Notes: a model not told the origin generated them from the letters alone. DNA of 64,000 bases from Octopus sinensis (GCF_006345805.1 NC_043008.1:77810001-77874000), one strand, 5' to 3'. Positions 34,918 through 51,064 are shown, counted from the first letter of the stretch. Program-made: numbers and translations.

Positions 34918-35063
34918 ACCTTTGTGAAGAGTTACGTCAATCCTTTTTAAAATATAATAATAATAATGATGGCAATAATAATAATATAATAATAATAATA
35001 TAATAATAATAATAATAATAATAATGATAATAATAATAATAATAATGATAATAATAATAATAA

Positions 35064-37339
<2,276 letters not shown>

Positions 37340-37361
37340 AATAATAATAATAATAATATAT

Positions 37362-37920
37362 GCCCTGATGCAGTACCATACAGTGGCTCTCATGGTTTCT
37401 GATCTTAACTGATTGGAAGTGTTATCATGTAAATATTTTTGTCTTGGTATAAAAGATGGGCTATAGCAAATATTCTGCTCAATACCACAGATTTGCTTGT
37501 CAGTTATTTGACCTTAACCAGTTGACCATGTCCTTTAGTGGCTGACGATATGTGCATCTCTGATCACGAGCAGAAATAGTAGGAGAGTATCATAGCCGTG
37601 TGTTGAAAGGTATTCTTGGAGGTTTGGATAATTCACCTTTGGAGACATGGGTGTTTCGTTTAACAGCCTTAAACAATCCTTATTCATGGACCTTTGGAGC
37701 GGGATGGGCTACTCGACCAGAAGAAAATTCTAATTGGGCCCCACCTGCAAAGGCATGCGCTGTTTATCTTGATATGAGATCACCATATCGTATCGTACAC
37801 ATTTGGTTGTGATGCATGTGCCTAGCGTACCCTTTTCAGACGGGTAGTCATGATGGGTATACTGGGTTTCGTATATTTTACCCCAGTGTCACTTTGATGG
37901 CATGCACTGCTCTCTCACTC
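37362..37920 (+). mobile_element. ~550-bp repeat, full length
   Basis: GCCCTGATGCAGTACC...CTCTCTCACTC between AAT tracts. Confidence 0.9.
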
Positions 37921-37958
<38 letters not shown>

Positions 37959-37980
37959 TAATAATAATAATAATAAAAAT

Positions 37981-38178
37981 AACCCTTTATACTAAACTCA
38001 CATGGCCTGAGGTTTGTGTGGAGGGGCCAGTCGATTACATCGACCCCAGTACTCCACTGGTACTTAATTTATCAACTCTGAAAGGATGAAAAGCAAAGTT
38101 GACCTCAACGGAATTTGAACTCGGAACGTAGCAACGAGCGAAATACCGCTAAGCATTATATCCAGCGAGCTAACTCAT
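37981..38178 (-). mobile_element. tRNA-derived SINE (type-A tail), degenerate
   Basis: GGAATTTGAACTC and AAAGGATGAAAAGC blocks, as in the other copies. Confidence 0.78.
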
Positions 38179-39001
38179 ACATCAAATATTTTACAATAAA
38201 AACACAAGTTGTCAACAACCAGTCTGGTTGCCCAAATGGCCTTCATATTGTCTGTTTTTATGCACAAGCACTTCCTGCTGTAAATAGCATGGATGACTAT
38301 TTATAGAATAGTAATATAGAGCTAGGTGTTGATTGCTCTGAATATTATTCAGCCGAAAATCTTTGGGCGTTCGCCGGGAAAATTAAAAAGTTATTTCTCA
38401 TGTAATCTTCTTCTAAGACGAAGAGCTGAAAATTTCTGGCGTCAATGATAAAAATAATCATGAGAAAAAATAAATAAAATGGTTCTGTTGACGGCTGTCC
38501 TTGGAAAAATAGACATCTGAAGATTAAAACTTTATATCTGAAGCTGATGTTAGTTTTCCAGTTATTAAAAAAATAAATAAAAGTTTGCTTTTATGGTCCA
38601 AGAAATAAACCAATGGCATCGTTTTAGCTACCGCAATCTTATTTTTTGTCCAATTTTAGCAATTACCATCCATCGTTCGTGAAACAAATGTATTTCCCCA
38701 AGTATTTCTTCCAAAAAAAAAAAAAATACTATATCGCCCTATATTATAAATATTTATATTAACCCTAATAGTAACGTTCAAATCTCGGGTAGAATACATA
38801 ATTGAAGAAGAGCTATAAGAAGACTTATTGCTGTAAAATCTTTGAGGTCAGTGCAATCTCCATAATTGGCAAGAAGCAATCATAGATGTGTTTTTTTTCA
38901 TATTTTAGGTATATGTTCAGGGACGGGTTCTGCATTTGTGACTTTGTTAGGCTTAAATATAGTGCTGCGAAGCATTTTCCATGAGACTGACTGTTCTACT
39001 C

Positions 39002-39052
<51 letters not shown>

Positions 39053-39071
39053 TCAACAACAACAACAACAA

Positions 39072-40250
39072 CATAGATATGTTACACTGGGCTCTCCATT
39101 CAAAACAAATATAATCTAATAACATCGGTTACGAGCAATGATTTAATTCAGAGAAATCGGAGGCGGTGTTCTCTCAAAACATTAACCCTAAATAGACAGA
39201 TCCGTCCCCTAATGTCAACGTCCAAGCTCGTCCTGCCGCAATGATAACAAAACAAAATACAAACCGAATCCGCGTTCACCCGAAAAAGAACAAGAGCAGC
39301 GTACCCGAGTGAAGAATCAGATTGGGTACGAAAAATCAGCTACTAGTTCAAATCTTCCCGAAACACAAGAGCGGGAAGTACCCCACAACCGGAATATTCC
39401 AACTGATGATCATCCATGCTTGTCATAGAAGAGCCAAAAGAAAAAGACTGAAAATGGTCTTGGGCAGAAAATAAAGATGTCCTTAAGGCCGTCTATCATG
39501 CAATGCATTTCCCCACAAATAAATCGAATACCGCACAAACCTACTTAAACTGGAGACAGAAACACCTTGAAGTAAGACCATACATAGATAGTAACAAACT
39601 TGCCAACGTCAGAAGAAAGATTATGAAAAAGAAATTACTCACTGAATTAGAGATTGACCAAATTAAACAATCAGTAAGGGATAAAAGGAACGAAGTTGCA
39701 GCTAAAGAAGATATTACAGAGGAAATGATTATAGACCAGCCCAGATCTGATGGAAATGCAATAATGATTGAAAGAGATAATGTAACTGATAAGCAAATTG
39801 AAATATTCTCTGAACAAACCATAAACATTAAGGCTGACGAAGATCAAATAGATGGAGAAAGTCACACAGAAATTGATGCAACAGAACTACATGATATAAA
39901 AATTCAGATCATGATTGAATCGCTGAAAATTAAAGAAACCAGTATGAATGAACGTGTGACACTCTCCCAAAAATTCGCAATTCTAACCAAAACCTGAAAA
40001 TAAGTGGTAAAATCTGCCTTGCAATTAAGGATATAATTTCAGCTAATGATGTTGATATTACAGATCTCAACCATCTGTACTAAGCATCCGCGAAAATCTC
40101 AACGATTCTATGTGGTAAAAACGACATTCCCACAGAAAGCGTACTTGGCAAGAGCGTATTTCACACCAAATTCAGCTACTTGGGTCTGACATAAAATGTT
40201 TTAAAAACCTTAAGATTGACAACTTTTCGAAATCTGTGTTTAACTGAATT
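39072..40250 (+). mobile_element. R4-clade LINE 5' portion (3'-truncated), starting at an AAT/AAC tract
   Basis: TYLNWRQKH..R..IDSNKLANVRRKIMKKKLLTELEIDQIK resembles the R4-type N-terminal domain. Confidence 0.65.
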
Positions 40251-40251
40251 A

Positions 40252-41000
40252 TGGAACGAAAAATTTCAATGTGACCCCCACTTACGTGGGTCTGTTTTTA
40301 GGAATACCACCTCTCCTCGACTCACAAAACTGGGAGTCCAGCCATTCTGCTACCAGTTGTAGTAGATGTCTTCTAAGAGGTCTACGAACAGGTCTGAGCA
40401 GATCATCCGAACCAGGCAATTTGCCCTTCATGCAGCCAACCTTTGCTTCCTGCATTTCTGCGGCTGTTATCAGCTTTTCGTAAAGGCGCGTGGCTTAGTG
40501 GTCAGGGTATTCGGCTTGCGCTCGTAAGGTCGTGAGTTCAATTCCCGGCGACTAGTTGTGTGCTTGGGCAAGACACTTTAATTCGTGTTGTTCCAGTCCA
40601 CTCAACTGGTGAAAATGAGTAGTGCCTGTATGTCACGCTGAATATCCCTGAGAATACTTTAAGGGTACACGTGTCGACGGAGTGACCACCACTTGCACAC
40701 TTTAATTTCACGAGCAGGCTGTCCTGTTGATAGGATCCTCTGGGCCCCTTTTAGTCGTAAGCAACGGAGTGCCAATTTTGTCAGCTTTTCATATCACTCC
40801 GCTGCTCTTACCGAGAGCTGTATCTGGCCGTCAAGATAGGCACTAAAAGCCATCTTACGGTCCGGTTCGCCATTCGTCTCAACCGCTGCTTGAGATCGAG
40901 GAACATGTGCCTATTTTGTTCTGCCAAAAGATCAAATTGTGGTTTTGTTGGCGCAGTCTGTCTTTGCCACCGATTTTCGTTCCTCCGTACTTTAAAGTGC
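40252..41000 (-). pseudogene. Degenerate Tx1-like ORF2 fragment split by a SINE
   Basis: NKTTI, FSAYLDGQIQLS, EKLITAAEMQE, KGKLPGSD and PDLFVDLLEDIYYNW*QNG match NRATI, FGVYLDGLPQLS, EGPISAWEVQE and PDLFAGLLANVYCNWQQN. Confidence 0.8.
40483..40780 (+). mobile_element. tRNA-derived SINE (second family) with ~13-bp TSD
   Basis: A box TGGCTTAGTGG, B box GAGTTCAATTCC. TCAGCTTTTC(G/A)TA at 40470-40482 and 40781-40793. Confidence 0.85.
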
Positions 41001-41155
41001 ATTCCTTAGTTTCTCAATTTTTATTGAGAAACTAACCAGAATCTTAAGGAACTGGTTAGATAGCAAATGTTCAGTATATAACTTTATGTAACAGTAGAAA
41101 CAATAACAAATTTACAGGATCGATGTGTAATACCTGTGGACTGACGAAAAAACAG

Positions 41156-41228
<73 letters not shown>

Positions 41229-41257
41229 TTAATAATAATAATAATAATAATAATAAT

Positions 41258-41806
41258 GCCCTGATGCAGTACCATACAGTGGCTTTCGTGGCTTCTGATC
41301 TTAACAGATTGGAAGTGTTATCATGTACATTGTTTTGTCTTGGTATAAAAGATGGGCTACAGCAAATATTCTGCTCAATACCACAGATTTGTTTGTCAGA
41401 TGTTTGACCGTAACCAATTAGCCATGTCCTTTAGTGGCTGACGATATGTGCATCTCTGACCACGAGCATAAGTAGTGGGGGAGTATCATAGCCGTGTGTT
41501 GAAAGGAAATCTTAGAGATTTGGATAATTCACCTTTGGAAACATGGATGGTTCTTTCAACATCCTTAAACAATTCTTATTCAGGGACCTTTTAATGGGGA
41601 TGGGCTATTCGACCAGAAGAAAATTCTACCGAGCCCCACCTGCAAAGGCATGCGCTGTTTATGTTGATATGAGATCACCATGTCGAGCACATTTGGTTGT
41701 GATGCATGTGCCTAGTGTACCCTTATCAGACAGGAAGTCATAATGGGTATACTGGGCTTCGTATATTTTACCCCAGTGTCACTTTGATAGCATGCACTGC
41801 TCTCTC
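41258..41806 (+). mobile_element. ~550-bp repeat, full length
   Basis: Same termini, between AAT tracts. Confidence 0.9.
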
Positions 41807-41825
41807 AATAATAATAATAATAGTA

Positions 41826-42388
41826 ACCTTTTCTACTCTAGGTACAAGGCCCAAAATATTTGGAGAGGGGCCAGTCGATTAGACCTCAGTGCGCAACTGG
41901 TACTTAATTTATCGACCCCCGAAACGATGAAAGGCTAAATCAACTTCGGCGGAATTTGAACTCAGAACGTAAATACCTATTTCTTTACTACTCACAAGGG
42001 CTAAACAGAGAGGACAAACAAGGACAGACAAACGGATTAAGTCGATTATATCAACAACAGTGCGTAACTGGTACTTATTTAATAGACTCCGAAAGGATGA
42101 AAGGTAAAGTCGACCTCGGCGGAATTTGAACTCAGAACGTAGCGGCAGACGAAATACCTATTTCTTTATTACCCACAAGGGGCTAAACACAGAGGGGACA
42201 AACAAGGACAGACATAGGTATTAAGTCGATTACATCGACCCCAGTGCGTAACTGGTACTTAATTTATCGACCCCGAAAGGATGAAAGGCAAAGTCGACCT
42301 CGGCGGAATTTGAACTCACAACGTAACGCAGACGAAATACCGCTAAGCATTTCGCCCGGCGTGTTAACGATTCTGCCAGCTCGCCGCC
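41826..42388 (-). mobile_element. tRNA-derived SINE trimer (42388-42159, 42158-41978, 41977-41826)
   Basis: One head, two Tx1-like tails and one type-A tail. Both internal junctions read AAAGAAATA|GGTATTT on the sense strand. Confidence 0.9.
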
Positions 42389-42389
<1 letters not shown>

Positions 42390-42451
<62 letters not shown>

Positions 42452-42454
42452 TAA

Positions 42455-42485
<31 letters not shown>

Positions 42486-42522
42486 AAGAAGAAGAAGAAG
42501 AAGAAGAAGAAGAAGAAGAAGA
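42390..42522. repeat. (AAT)n then (AAG)n microsatellite
   Basis: Direct reading. Confidence 0.98.
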
Positions 42523-45500
42523 ATTTTTCCCAGTTGAGATACGCCAACTAACCACAAGTGTTATTAAAAAAGTTCTTTGTTTTAGTTTTGTAACAAGAAA
42601 AAAGACAGGAACCTGATCGTGTAACAATGTCTATCAAAGATAGAGTTCCATTCTACAATATAATGGTTAAATGTGAGTCATATTTGAACTTTGAAGACAG
42701 TCAGCAATTAATTAGAGCTAATACAGTTTACTTGAATGAAGCGGTAACTTAAACATTCGCATAATAAAATTACTAGATGCCACTGGTGAAAAGGTAGAGA
42801 CAAAAAAATCTTTTCATATTTCGGCGATCGGTAAACGTTTTGTGAAATTTTGAGCTGACAATCTAAATGAGGGGGAAAGTTGACAAATATTCAATAGAAC
42901 TAGAATTATAACTGCCTTCTACTGCGACAGGGAAGCTTGAATATCGAATATTTCAGCTAAGAATTATAAGAAATCGCCTATTAACTTGATATATCATACG
43001 ACCTAAACAAAGTAACCCGTGTATGAACAGCAGAAGATGAAAATAATAAGATAAAGTAAGAATATTGCGATTATAGCAGCCCTCTACCTATTTGTGACCA
43101 TAGGGTAGATCTTTTCGAAAGATATTTCTGGGTGTTTATTCAGTTGACATTGTCTCTATTAATAGTGACGATGAATTTCTCTATCGAATACTTTCAGATA
43201 TTTAACAACGAATTATGATGAGCGGAGAAGGTGAAGTAGAGAGTGAAAACTATTTTTAAAAAGAAGAATAGTTTCTACTATATACTAGAGCAAATCATGA
43301 ATACCAACGCTTATATATAGCTAGCTGTAAATCATTAGTAAAGAAAATTAAGTGTTAAGCCCCCACCCCCGGAGAACAGTAAGAACAAATAACAGAAATT
43401 TCTCCAAGATTCTAGGAAATAGTTTCCAATTATTTGAAGAAATATCTGGACTCTTAAATTGAATGTTTAAAGCAGAAAAATCTTATAAAATGTGTTTGAC
43501 ATATGAAAAGAGTGAGATGTTTAATGTTTAGAGGTTATTAGAACAGATAGGTAGGGAATGTTTGACCCCTTATATAGCTAAAAACCTTCTTTAAATTGTG
43601 ACCATCACCGAAAAGAATCACAGCGATTGATATTGCCATAGGACAAGCATTAGTAAAAAAACGTCAAATTCAGTTTGATTTGGTTTCGATTCTAATCCAT
43701 TCTCAATGCTTTTTCAGATCTTAAAATATTTCCTAGAATGAATGAAACTAGTGAATTCTAAAACGCGAAGTCTCTTTTGACACCTGGAAAACAATTTAAA
43801 GGTTTTGTTGATTGCAAAAATCAAACAAAAGAAGTTTAAATCAGCATTGATTTAATCACAAATTATAATTTGTATCCAAAACAAGACTTAGTCATTTCAG
43901 CTTCTCAGAAAAATAAGGGTTCCACCGGTGACCTTCACATTTCTTTAAAAAATCATGAACTTTGTATGTTCGTCCTTTTATGTAACGACAAGGAGCGATT
44001 TGATGAAATTCGGTTACTATTCTTCATAGATTGAGTGCCTGTGCGACGGATCTTTTATAGGTCCGGGCTCCTTGATTGCTTAACAACTGTGCCTTTATAT
44101 CTTTATTGCATGGTTATATTTGATGCACCGTCATATCAACGGGGAGCAATCCAGATAATTTAGTTTAATATTTCATAATAAAGAACTCTTGCTTATTTTC
44201 CTTATCCTGTCCTTCGCTTTAGGAGCTGAACAACACCAAGTACAATTTCTCTCGGCCAACTTTTGCCAAGATTAAAAACAAGTATATCAATAGAAGGACT
44301 TCGTTTTCAAAATCTGGATAGACCTTTGTTACAACTTTTATGAAGCAGAGGAAGTTTACAAGCAGAAAGCGCAAAGTCATAAGTTCAATAATTCTGTTTC
44401 ACCCAGTAAAGCAAAAATACCATTCATCACATGATTAAGCTTCGATTAGATAGTATCCCGAAAAAATACTAAATTTTCAGTTTGTTCGTGGTATTATCGT
44501 GATGGTACTGTTTTAACTGTAAATGATAGAAATTATGAGTGTCTTATAGAATTTTTGGTAGTCAAGTTCTAGCTAGGATTTTTAACTGTAACTTATAAAT
44601 ATTGCGTCTCTTGTAATATTTCAAAATATTGCATGAAATGCTTTTACTAATTATATTGGACAGAGGGATAACAGAAACTGTAAATAAGCGGGTAAAATCA
44701 CATATCGGTTGACTTGTCTTTCATCCACCTGAGTTTTATTGAATTAATGCCAATCGTGTATACTTGGGTTAGTATCGTCGATTATTTGACTTGTGTCGAT
44801 GCTAAAAATCATTAAAAGACATTGTGGTTTGATATCCAAGATTGCTAAGATACAACACTTCGCAAATTTCTAGTCGATGGCCAAACTATTCAATGTTTAA
44901 TAAGTTATACAAGAGTCAAAAACTAAATGGAGATTGCTAACATGAAAAACTAATACAATATGCGCAATAAAAATTATAAGATAAGACTGATAAATAATTC
45001 TGTCAATCTACATATTTTGGATGCAATCAAAGAAACAGAGGCTTTTCAAAATACATACACACATAAACATAAGCATACATACATGCCATGTTTCCTTACA
45101 CATAGATGCACACATGTCTTACACAAATATATTTAGGACACATGTATTGCTCGTAGATCACTACATAAATACATTTAGATATGAATGTAAATATACAGAA
45201 TTGTGTCTCTATTTCATTATACTGCAATAATTAGGTATTCGAACATATTTTTCTATTCCCAGGAAGCTCTACACAGCTATAACTACACACACACTCACAC
45301 ACAGGCATGCGAGCATACATACTTATAAATATTCAGATTTAGCTCATGCACATACGCATATGTATATATCTATATATATATATATGTGTGTGTGTGTGTA
45401 TATGTATGTAATGTATGTATGTATGCATGTTTGTATGTATGTATGAATGAATGTATGTATGTATATAGTTCTTCACTTCTTTTGTTTGTTTTAGCCATGA

Positions 45501-45917
45501 CCACCAAGGCCATGCTGTGACACTACCTTCAGAGTTTTTTTACAGTTGAAAGTTCTCTGTTCAATGTTTTTCTTAGTTGGGTTCACTATGTTTTTTCCGT
45601 CCATAATTTTGGTGATTATCAAAGGCATACATTTTTAGAATCTTCATAGTGTGCTTAATCCAAAACTTAATGTTTACATTCACGTAGACACCTACTGGCG
45701 CCAATTTAGAATTTCAAAATGACCTCCATATAACACATAATTTGCAATATTTCGGCTAATATTCAATCTAGAATCATACATAAATGAGCTAATCACTTGT
45801 TTTTATTTAGGCCAAGAAGAGAAACAGATACATCATAAGGTTTTTAATTCTAATACTAGCTTTACTTTTAGGATTTATTTTTATCTTTTCAAAGCTCAAA
45901 TCGACCATGGGCATGTA

Positions 45918-47183
45918 TGAAGTGTGTTCCAGAGGCTTTGAAACTTCTTTTTAGGAGAGATAGTTATAACTATCTTAGATTGTTGGGATTTTAGTATATC
46001 ATTCCGATACGCCGAATAAAGTGACCTGCCAAGTTTTTTGTTCCAGATTGAGGAGACGGCTGTAACACATCCTACTAAACACGGCTTGTCACAGCAATAA
46101 AGTTTTAGTTTAAACTAGGTAAAAATGGTACAAAAATTTATGAAATGCTCCTGATTACTTATGGATTGATTAACTCGTATAACCCGAAAATGTTTTGTGC
46201 TGGCACAAGACGTTCAAGGACGGTAGAGGAGATGAGGGACGAGGAGAGATGTGGAGGGGAGAGGGACGTAAGAACATCAGAGATGGTCAAGAGAATTCGC
46301 AATTTTCTGTGTGAAAACCTTTGCGTGTCTATAAAGACAATAAGTTTACAGTTTGGAGTTGGCATGGCAGCTGCATTTAGAAGTACAGTACTTAGAAGAT
46401 CTGAACATGTTAACAATTTGTGAAAAGGTTATTTCCAGGGTGCTCAGTGACGAACTGAAGGAAAGACACGTTGGTGACAGCAGGGAGACGGTTGAGTTTA
46501 TTACTTTCAATCCATGAAAACTCGAGTCTCTGGTGTCCTGTGTCGAAAGCTGAATCTATTGCTTTTATCCAGAGACCAAGAGATAGAGTGACTAATGAAA
46601 GTATCCTGGTTTCCCCAAACCAAAACAGGGCTAGGCAAAACAAGTCCACTGGGAAGCTAGTGTTGAACCCCTTTTTCGGCAGCAAGAGAATCATCTACGT
46701 CCACTGTGTTTCCTCTGGCAAGACGGTCAACGAAGAGTTCTTTGTAGAGGTTTTAAGGGTAATCAGAAAGAAATTTCATCGCAAAAGACCAGAACTCTTT
46801 CATTTAGGTCGATGGCACGTACACCAGGATCTAACACTAGTTCACAATTCCATCCTGGTAACCAACTACGTGACAGAGGTAAACATCAAAACTGTCATTC
46901 ACGCTCCCTACAGTCCAGACTTTGCTCCCTGTGACTTTTGGTTCTTTCCCAAGCTGAAGAATAACCTCAAGAGCAGATGTTTTGAAGATATTGAAAAATT
47001 TAAGGCAGTTGCGACAAGGCTCCTCGACACCTGCATTCTGGAAGATTTCCATGGGAGTTTCACAAAGTGGCTAGAGCACAACAAAATGTGCATTGAAGTC
47101 AGAAGATCCTACTTTGAGTTTTGTACGTCTTTGAAATTCATATCTCTCTTGAAAAAGTCTCAAAACTTCTGGAACGCACTTTG
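45918..47183 (+). mobile_element. Older mariner transposon with degenerate transposase
   Basis: Imperfect TIRs (TGAAGTGTGTTCCAGAGGCTTTGAAACTT vs CAAAGTGCGTTCCAGAAGTTTTGAGACTT) flanked by TA; RKRPELF..RWHVHQD and HAPYSPDFAPCDFWFFPKLK. Confidence 0.9.
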
Positions 47184-49072
47184 TATATGTCACTTCGTGA
47201 TAAAATAGAATATTCCAAAACATCTTTGAACTAATAATCTCTTCATTCAATACACCTATTTTATGTTTCTAGACACGAGGAATCCGCTTGAGGCTGAAGT
47301 CATCCAGAAATCTGGCGTCGGCATCAAGGCACGAATGTATTTGTCATTGTGAGATAACTCTCGTTATCAGTGGTGTAGACTAAGAATCGAGACGAGTAAA
47401 TAGGAGGATGAAGATATTTTCTGGTTTATTAACGCCAACGTATGGAAATGATTCTTTCTTACTTCACCAGAGGTGATAAATATCTCATAGGAAATTAAAG
47501 AAAAATTTGATATCTTTGTTCACAAAAGTATAAGGAAATCATCTGACCCAAGAAAATGCTGCTAAGAAAGAATTTGGTGTCAACAAAATCAAAGCTGGCA
47601 TAACGAGTCACACTGGTACCTTTGAAGTAGATGGTAGTTAGTTAATTTCAAGACCTATGCATACGATCCCCAAGAGAATGTTCCGTTGCTTCTTAATAGA
47701 GACGAAAGTAGTCAGATGCTATGCGAAGAGTATATTGAATGCGGTTAATATAAAAGTTAGTTTGTGAGCACCAGCCAAAAAGTGAAACAATGCCAATGTA
47801 TAAGCTACATTGGAGATTACGATGGGATATGACAAATCATGAGTTACACATATTACGTTTAAACAACCAATATTGTCAGATTTTCTGCAGTAGATAAAAC
47901 CAAATGTTTTCACTAGTGGATGAAAGTTGATAGGATCATCATGTTAACACTGATTAAACTGATAAAGGAAGGTGACCGAACACACAGGAAGGATCACTGG
48001 AAAAATTGTTATATTTAATGTGACGTCCAAAGTGCATCTATTTAAAAAGTATTCCTGACGTAGGATGGTATCTGATTTGTAAAAAAAAAAAAAGTAGCAA
48101 AAAAGCGGCAAATTTGTCCTTGACTCAGTGCCTTTGTAAGGGACATTTCACGTTTGCAGAGTAGGATGTGGTATCAATCCACAGTGATGTGACAACGTCT
48201 CATCAATCCATTTAAAAATGGCTACTATCAGAATGACTGTGGAAACATTCCTCCTACCACTAGACTTGCACCCCAGGCCATTGTAGAGTCGGCCAGATAA
48301 CTGTGTAAAGCGTATTGCACAACTCAGTGATATTATTATAGGAAACTCAACTTAACTTTAAAAAAAGATTTGCTTTATGTTGAAATAACTGCAATAATGA
48401 TGCGGACTTTATTGTTGAAAATGATACTCATGATACTGAAGATCTGTAAAAGTATATTCCAAAACATTGTACGACCTAATAGGTTCTGTCTAAAGAATCT
48501 ATAGTTCAGTCTTATAACTAAAAAAAGAAAAGAAAACAGCTATCTTGCTTTATAACCCCACTCGTGTAATTTCAAAGGTTATGTAATACTCACAAAAATA
48601 AAGACAATGATTTTCAATTAACTTTGTTACATTTCAATAAACCTAATCACATATTTGTACATTAAAATAAAAGAGATAAACTGACATGAAGAAAAAGAAA
48701 TTACGGTATTCAAGATCAGCTTTGCACTAACAGAAGTTTTTTTCTTGCTTTAACACATCAGCACTTCTTCTCATTGTAAAAATCAATTTCTCATTTTCTC
48801 TTTTAAAATCAAACACATGCACAAACACACACACTCACTCATTCACTCACACTCACGTACACACATTCACACACACAAATGCATATAATTAAATGACAAA
48901 GGAAATGAAATTTACATGAACTTTATATGCACACATACATATATATATATATACACATACATATATATATTTTTCGAGAAAATGATTTTTTTTTTCGAAA
49001 AGAATTTTATCCTCACATTTGATATAAATTTAAGCGTTCACTTCCGAACTAACTAACTAACTAACTCACTCT

Positions 49073-49683
49073 CTCCAGCAAGAGTGGGAAGAAGGGAGAA
49101 AAAAAAGAAAAAAAAAGAAAAAAGAAAACAGTACGAAACCCCAGCCCACCCCAACACCACCCGTACCCTCTGAGTCCCATCCTTCCCTGCAAACAGCGAT
49201 TCCACCCACTCCCCGCCTACAAGCAAACCAAAAACAAATAATAATGCAGACACACAGAACGAACAAAGTCCCAGGCCCTATTTTTTATGTGTTGCGAGGA
49301 AGAAGGACACCCAGAACTCAAAAAGAATAATACATAAAGATTTATGGCACGAACGTGAAGATGGGAGTTGCGCGGTGTTGAAAGATGAATTTATGGACAC
49401 AGTGGTGATGTTGTGTGAGGAAGAGGGTATAAAAGTGATGAAAGTGACAATTCAGGATGAAGAGATAGAGAAGTATGAAAGGAAAACGAAGAGTGTGATA
49501 GGAAAGGAAGGACTTGTGATTGGAAATGGGTGATGAAGGACAGGTAAGTGGTGCTGGCGGATGCATCACTTTCATTTCATCATTTTCATTTTAAAATTCA
49601 TTTCTCATAATTTTAAATTGTTCTATGTCCCCAATGTATTGTGATGTTTTTTCTGTGTCGCCCCTGTGGGTAATAAAGAAATA
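49073..49683 (+). mobile_element. 5'-truncated retroposon with Tx1-type 3' end and 11-bp TSD; ORF1-tail-like content (HAL1-like candidate)
   Basis: TAACTCACTCT at 49062-49072 and 49684-49694. Ends TGTGTCGCCCCTGTGGGTAATAAAGAAATA. EWEEGRKKRKKKK followed by a Pro/Thr-rich stretch; no ORF2 motifs. Confidence 0.6.
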
Positions 49684-50045
49684 TAACTCACTCTGTGAGA
49701 GCCTCAGTTCAAATCGCACGTGCCTCGAATGGGCTGGAGTATTTCTATTTTGGATGTATTTGGGGTACTTAGTTGTGCCCATGACTTAGTATTTGCTTCT
49801 TCCATGGATGTGAGTAAGTATCTCATTTATTTCTTTTACCACATGTATCACTGACGAAGAGAGGGCTCTTAGTAGCTAACTCTGAAATCGGTCCGATATG
49901 GTAATAATGGACTTTTTTAGAAATTTCTGTCGACCTTTTTTCGAGTAGCGTGCGTATTGTGAAAAAATTATATGGTTAATGGACAATATGTCCAATATTT
50001 CGGCATATTTGGCATTAGAATTCTTTTCCTTTGCCCTCATTTATG

Positions 50046-50046
<1 letters not shown>

Positions 50047-50110
<64 letters not shown>
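50047..50110. repeat. (AT)n microsatellite
   Basis: Direct reading. Confidence 0.98.
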
Positions 50111-50121
<11 letters not shown>

Positions 50122-50287
50122 ATATCTTGTTAGAGAGGTCATAGCCGACAGGTTTTGGATCTGACGATACGCTGTAAAGTTAAACGCTTTATAGATGTGA
50201 AACCCAGGGTAGTCCCATAAACCAGTCTTATCTAACTTCATCTATATAATATATTGCTCTTCGCTGCCATCTTAGTGTATATGTGTC

Positions 50288-50383
50288 AAAACAGCTCTAG
50301 CCCACGGGCAAGCACTTATCTAATAACTGACAAGGGAGACATCATAGGGTTAGGGTTTTGTACTCACGATAACGTAATCATGA

Positions 50384-50433
<50 letters not shown>

Positions 50434-50797
50434 TGTGTGTGTGAATACGTGTACATAACGTACTCTCCCGTCGTTAGACAATGGACGAGAGCTCTGCAAC
50501 ATTTTGTTGAATCACACCGATGTTTTGTTTATAATGTTCAAATGTTTATGATCACATAAGCTCACTAGCTCCATGAAATCGACATTATCTGTACAGGTAC
50601 ACAAGTGTACCATACATCAGACGTCAACATGATCGCAGAGCAATGTGAAATGAAGTGTTGTGCGGAAGAAAACATTGCCCCGCTTGATCTGAGAATCGAA
50701 ACCATGATTACGTTATCGTGTATACAAAGCCGTAACTCTAGGATGTCTCCCTTGTCTCTCATTAGATAAGTGCTTGCCCGTGAACTAGAGTTGTTTT
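50288..50797. mobile_element. MITE-like element with ~95-bp imperfect TIRs and internal (TG)n
   Basis: CACGGGCAAGCACTTATCTAAT..GACAAGGGAGACATC..CACGATAACGTAATCATG is mirrored at ~50704-50797. Confidence 0.8.
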
Positions 50798-51064
50798 AAC
50801 TCTTATTTCTAGCACTTACTAGCTGAATGAATTCACTATTTCTAGCACTGACTAACACCATTAGTCACTTTAAAGATGACAATGCTTTTTAGTTGTAAAT
50901 TGCGACTAACCACCTTAATACTTTATAATTTTTCACTTTACCATTTTACGAAATCAGCCACTGATTCCTGCGGTATTTTCTACAAACTGACAAGGCGAGT
51001 TAAGTTTAACCCTCGGCAACAGGGTAAGAGTCTATCTTTATATCTGTTATTCTCTCTACCCCTA

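Noticed and set aside
37362-37400. CTGATG at the 5' end of the 550-bp element as a hammerhead ribozyme core
   Set aside because: It reads CTGATGC rather than CTGANGA, and I found no GAAA/stem arrangement. I could not fit an HDV-like pseudoknot either.
38200-38760. Possible Tc1 transposase remnant on the minus strand (LQQE..VHK)
   Set aside because: One weak motif, and no TIRs found.
41826-42388. CRISPR-like repeat-spacer array
   Set aside because: The units are ~180-230-bp SINE bodies in eukaryotic DNA, with no unique spacers and no cas genes.
42540-45900. Host exons in the unique-looking stretches (also 47200-49000 and 51150-54600)
   Set aside because: No ORF with recognisable domains or convincing exon structure.
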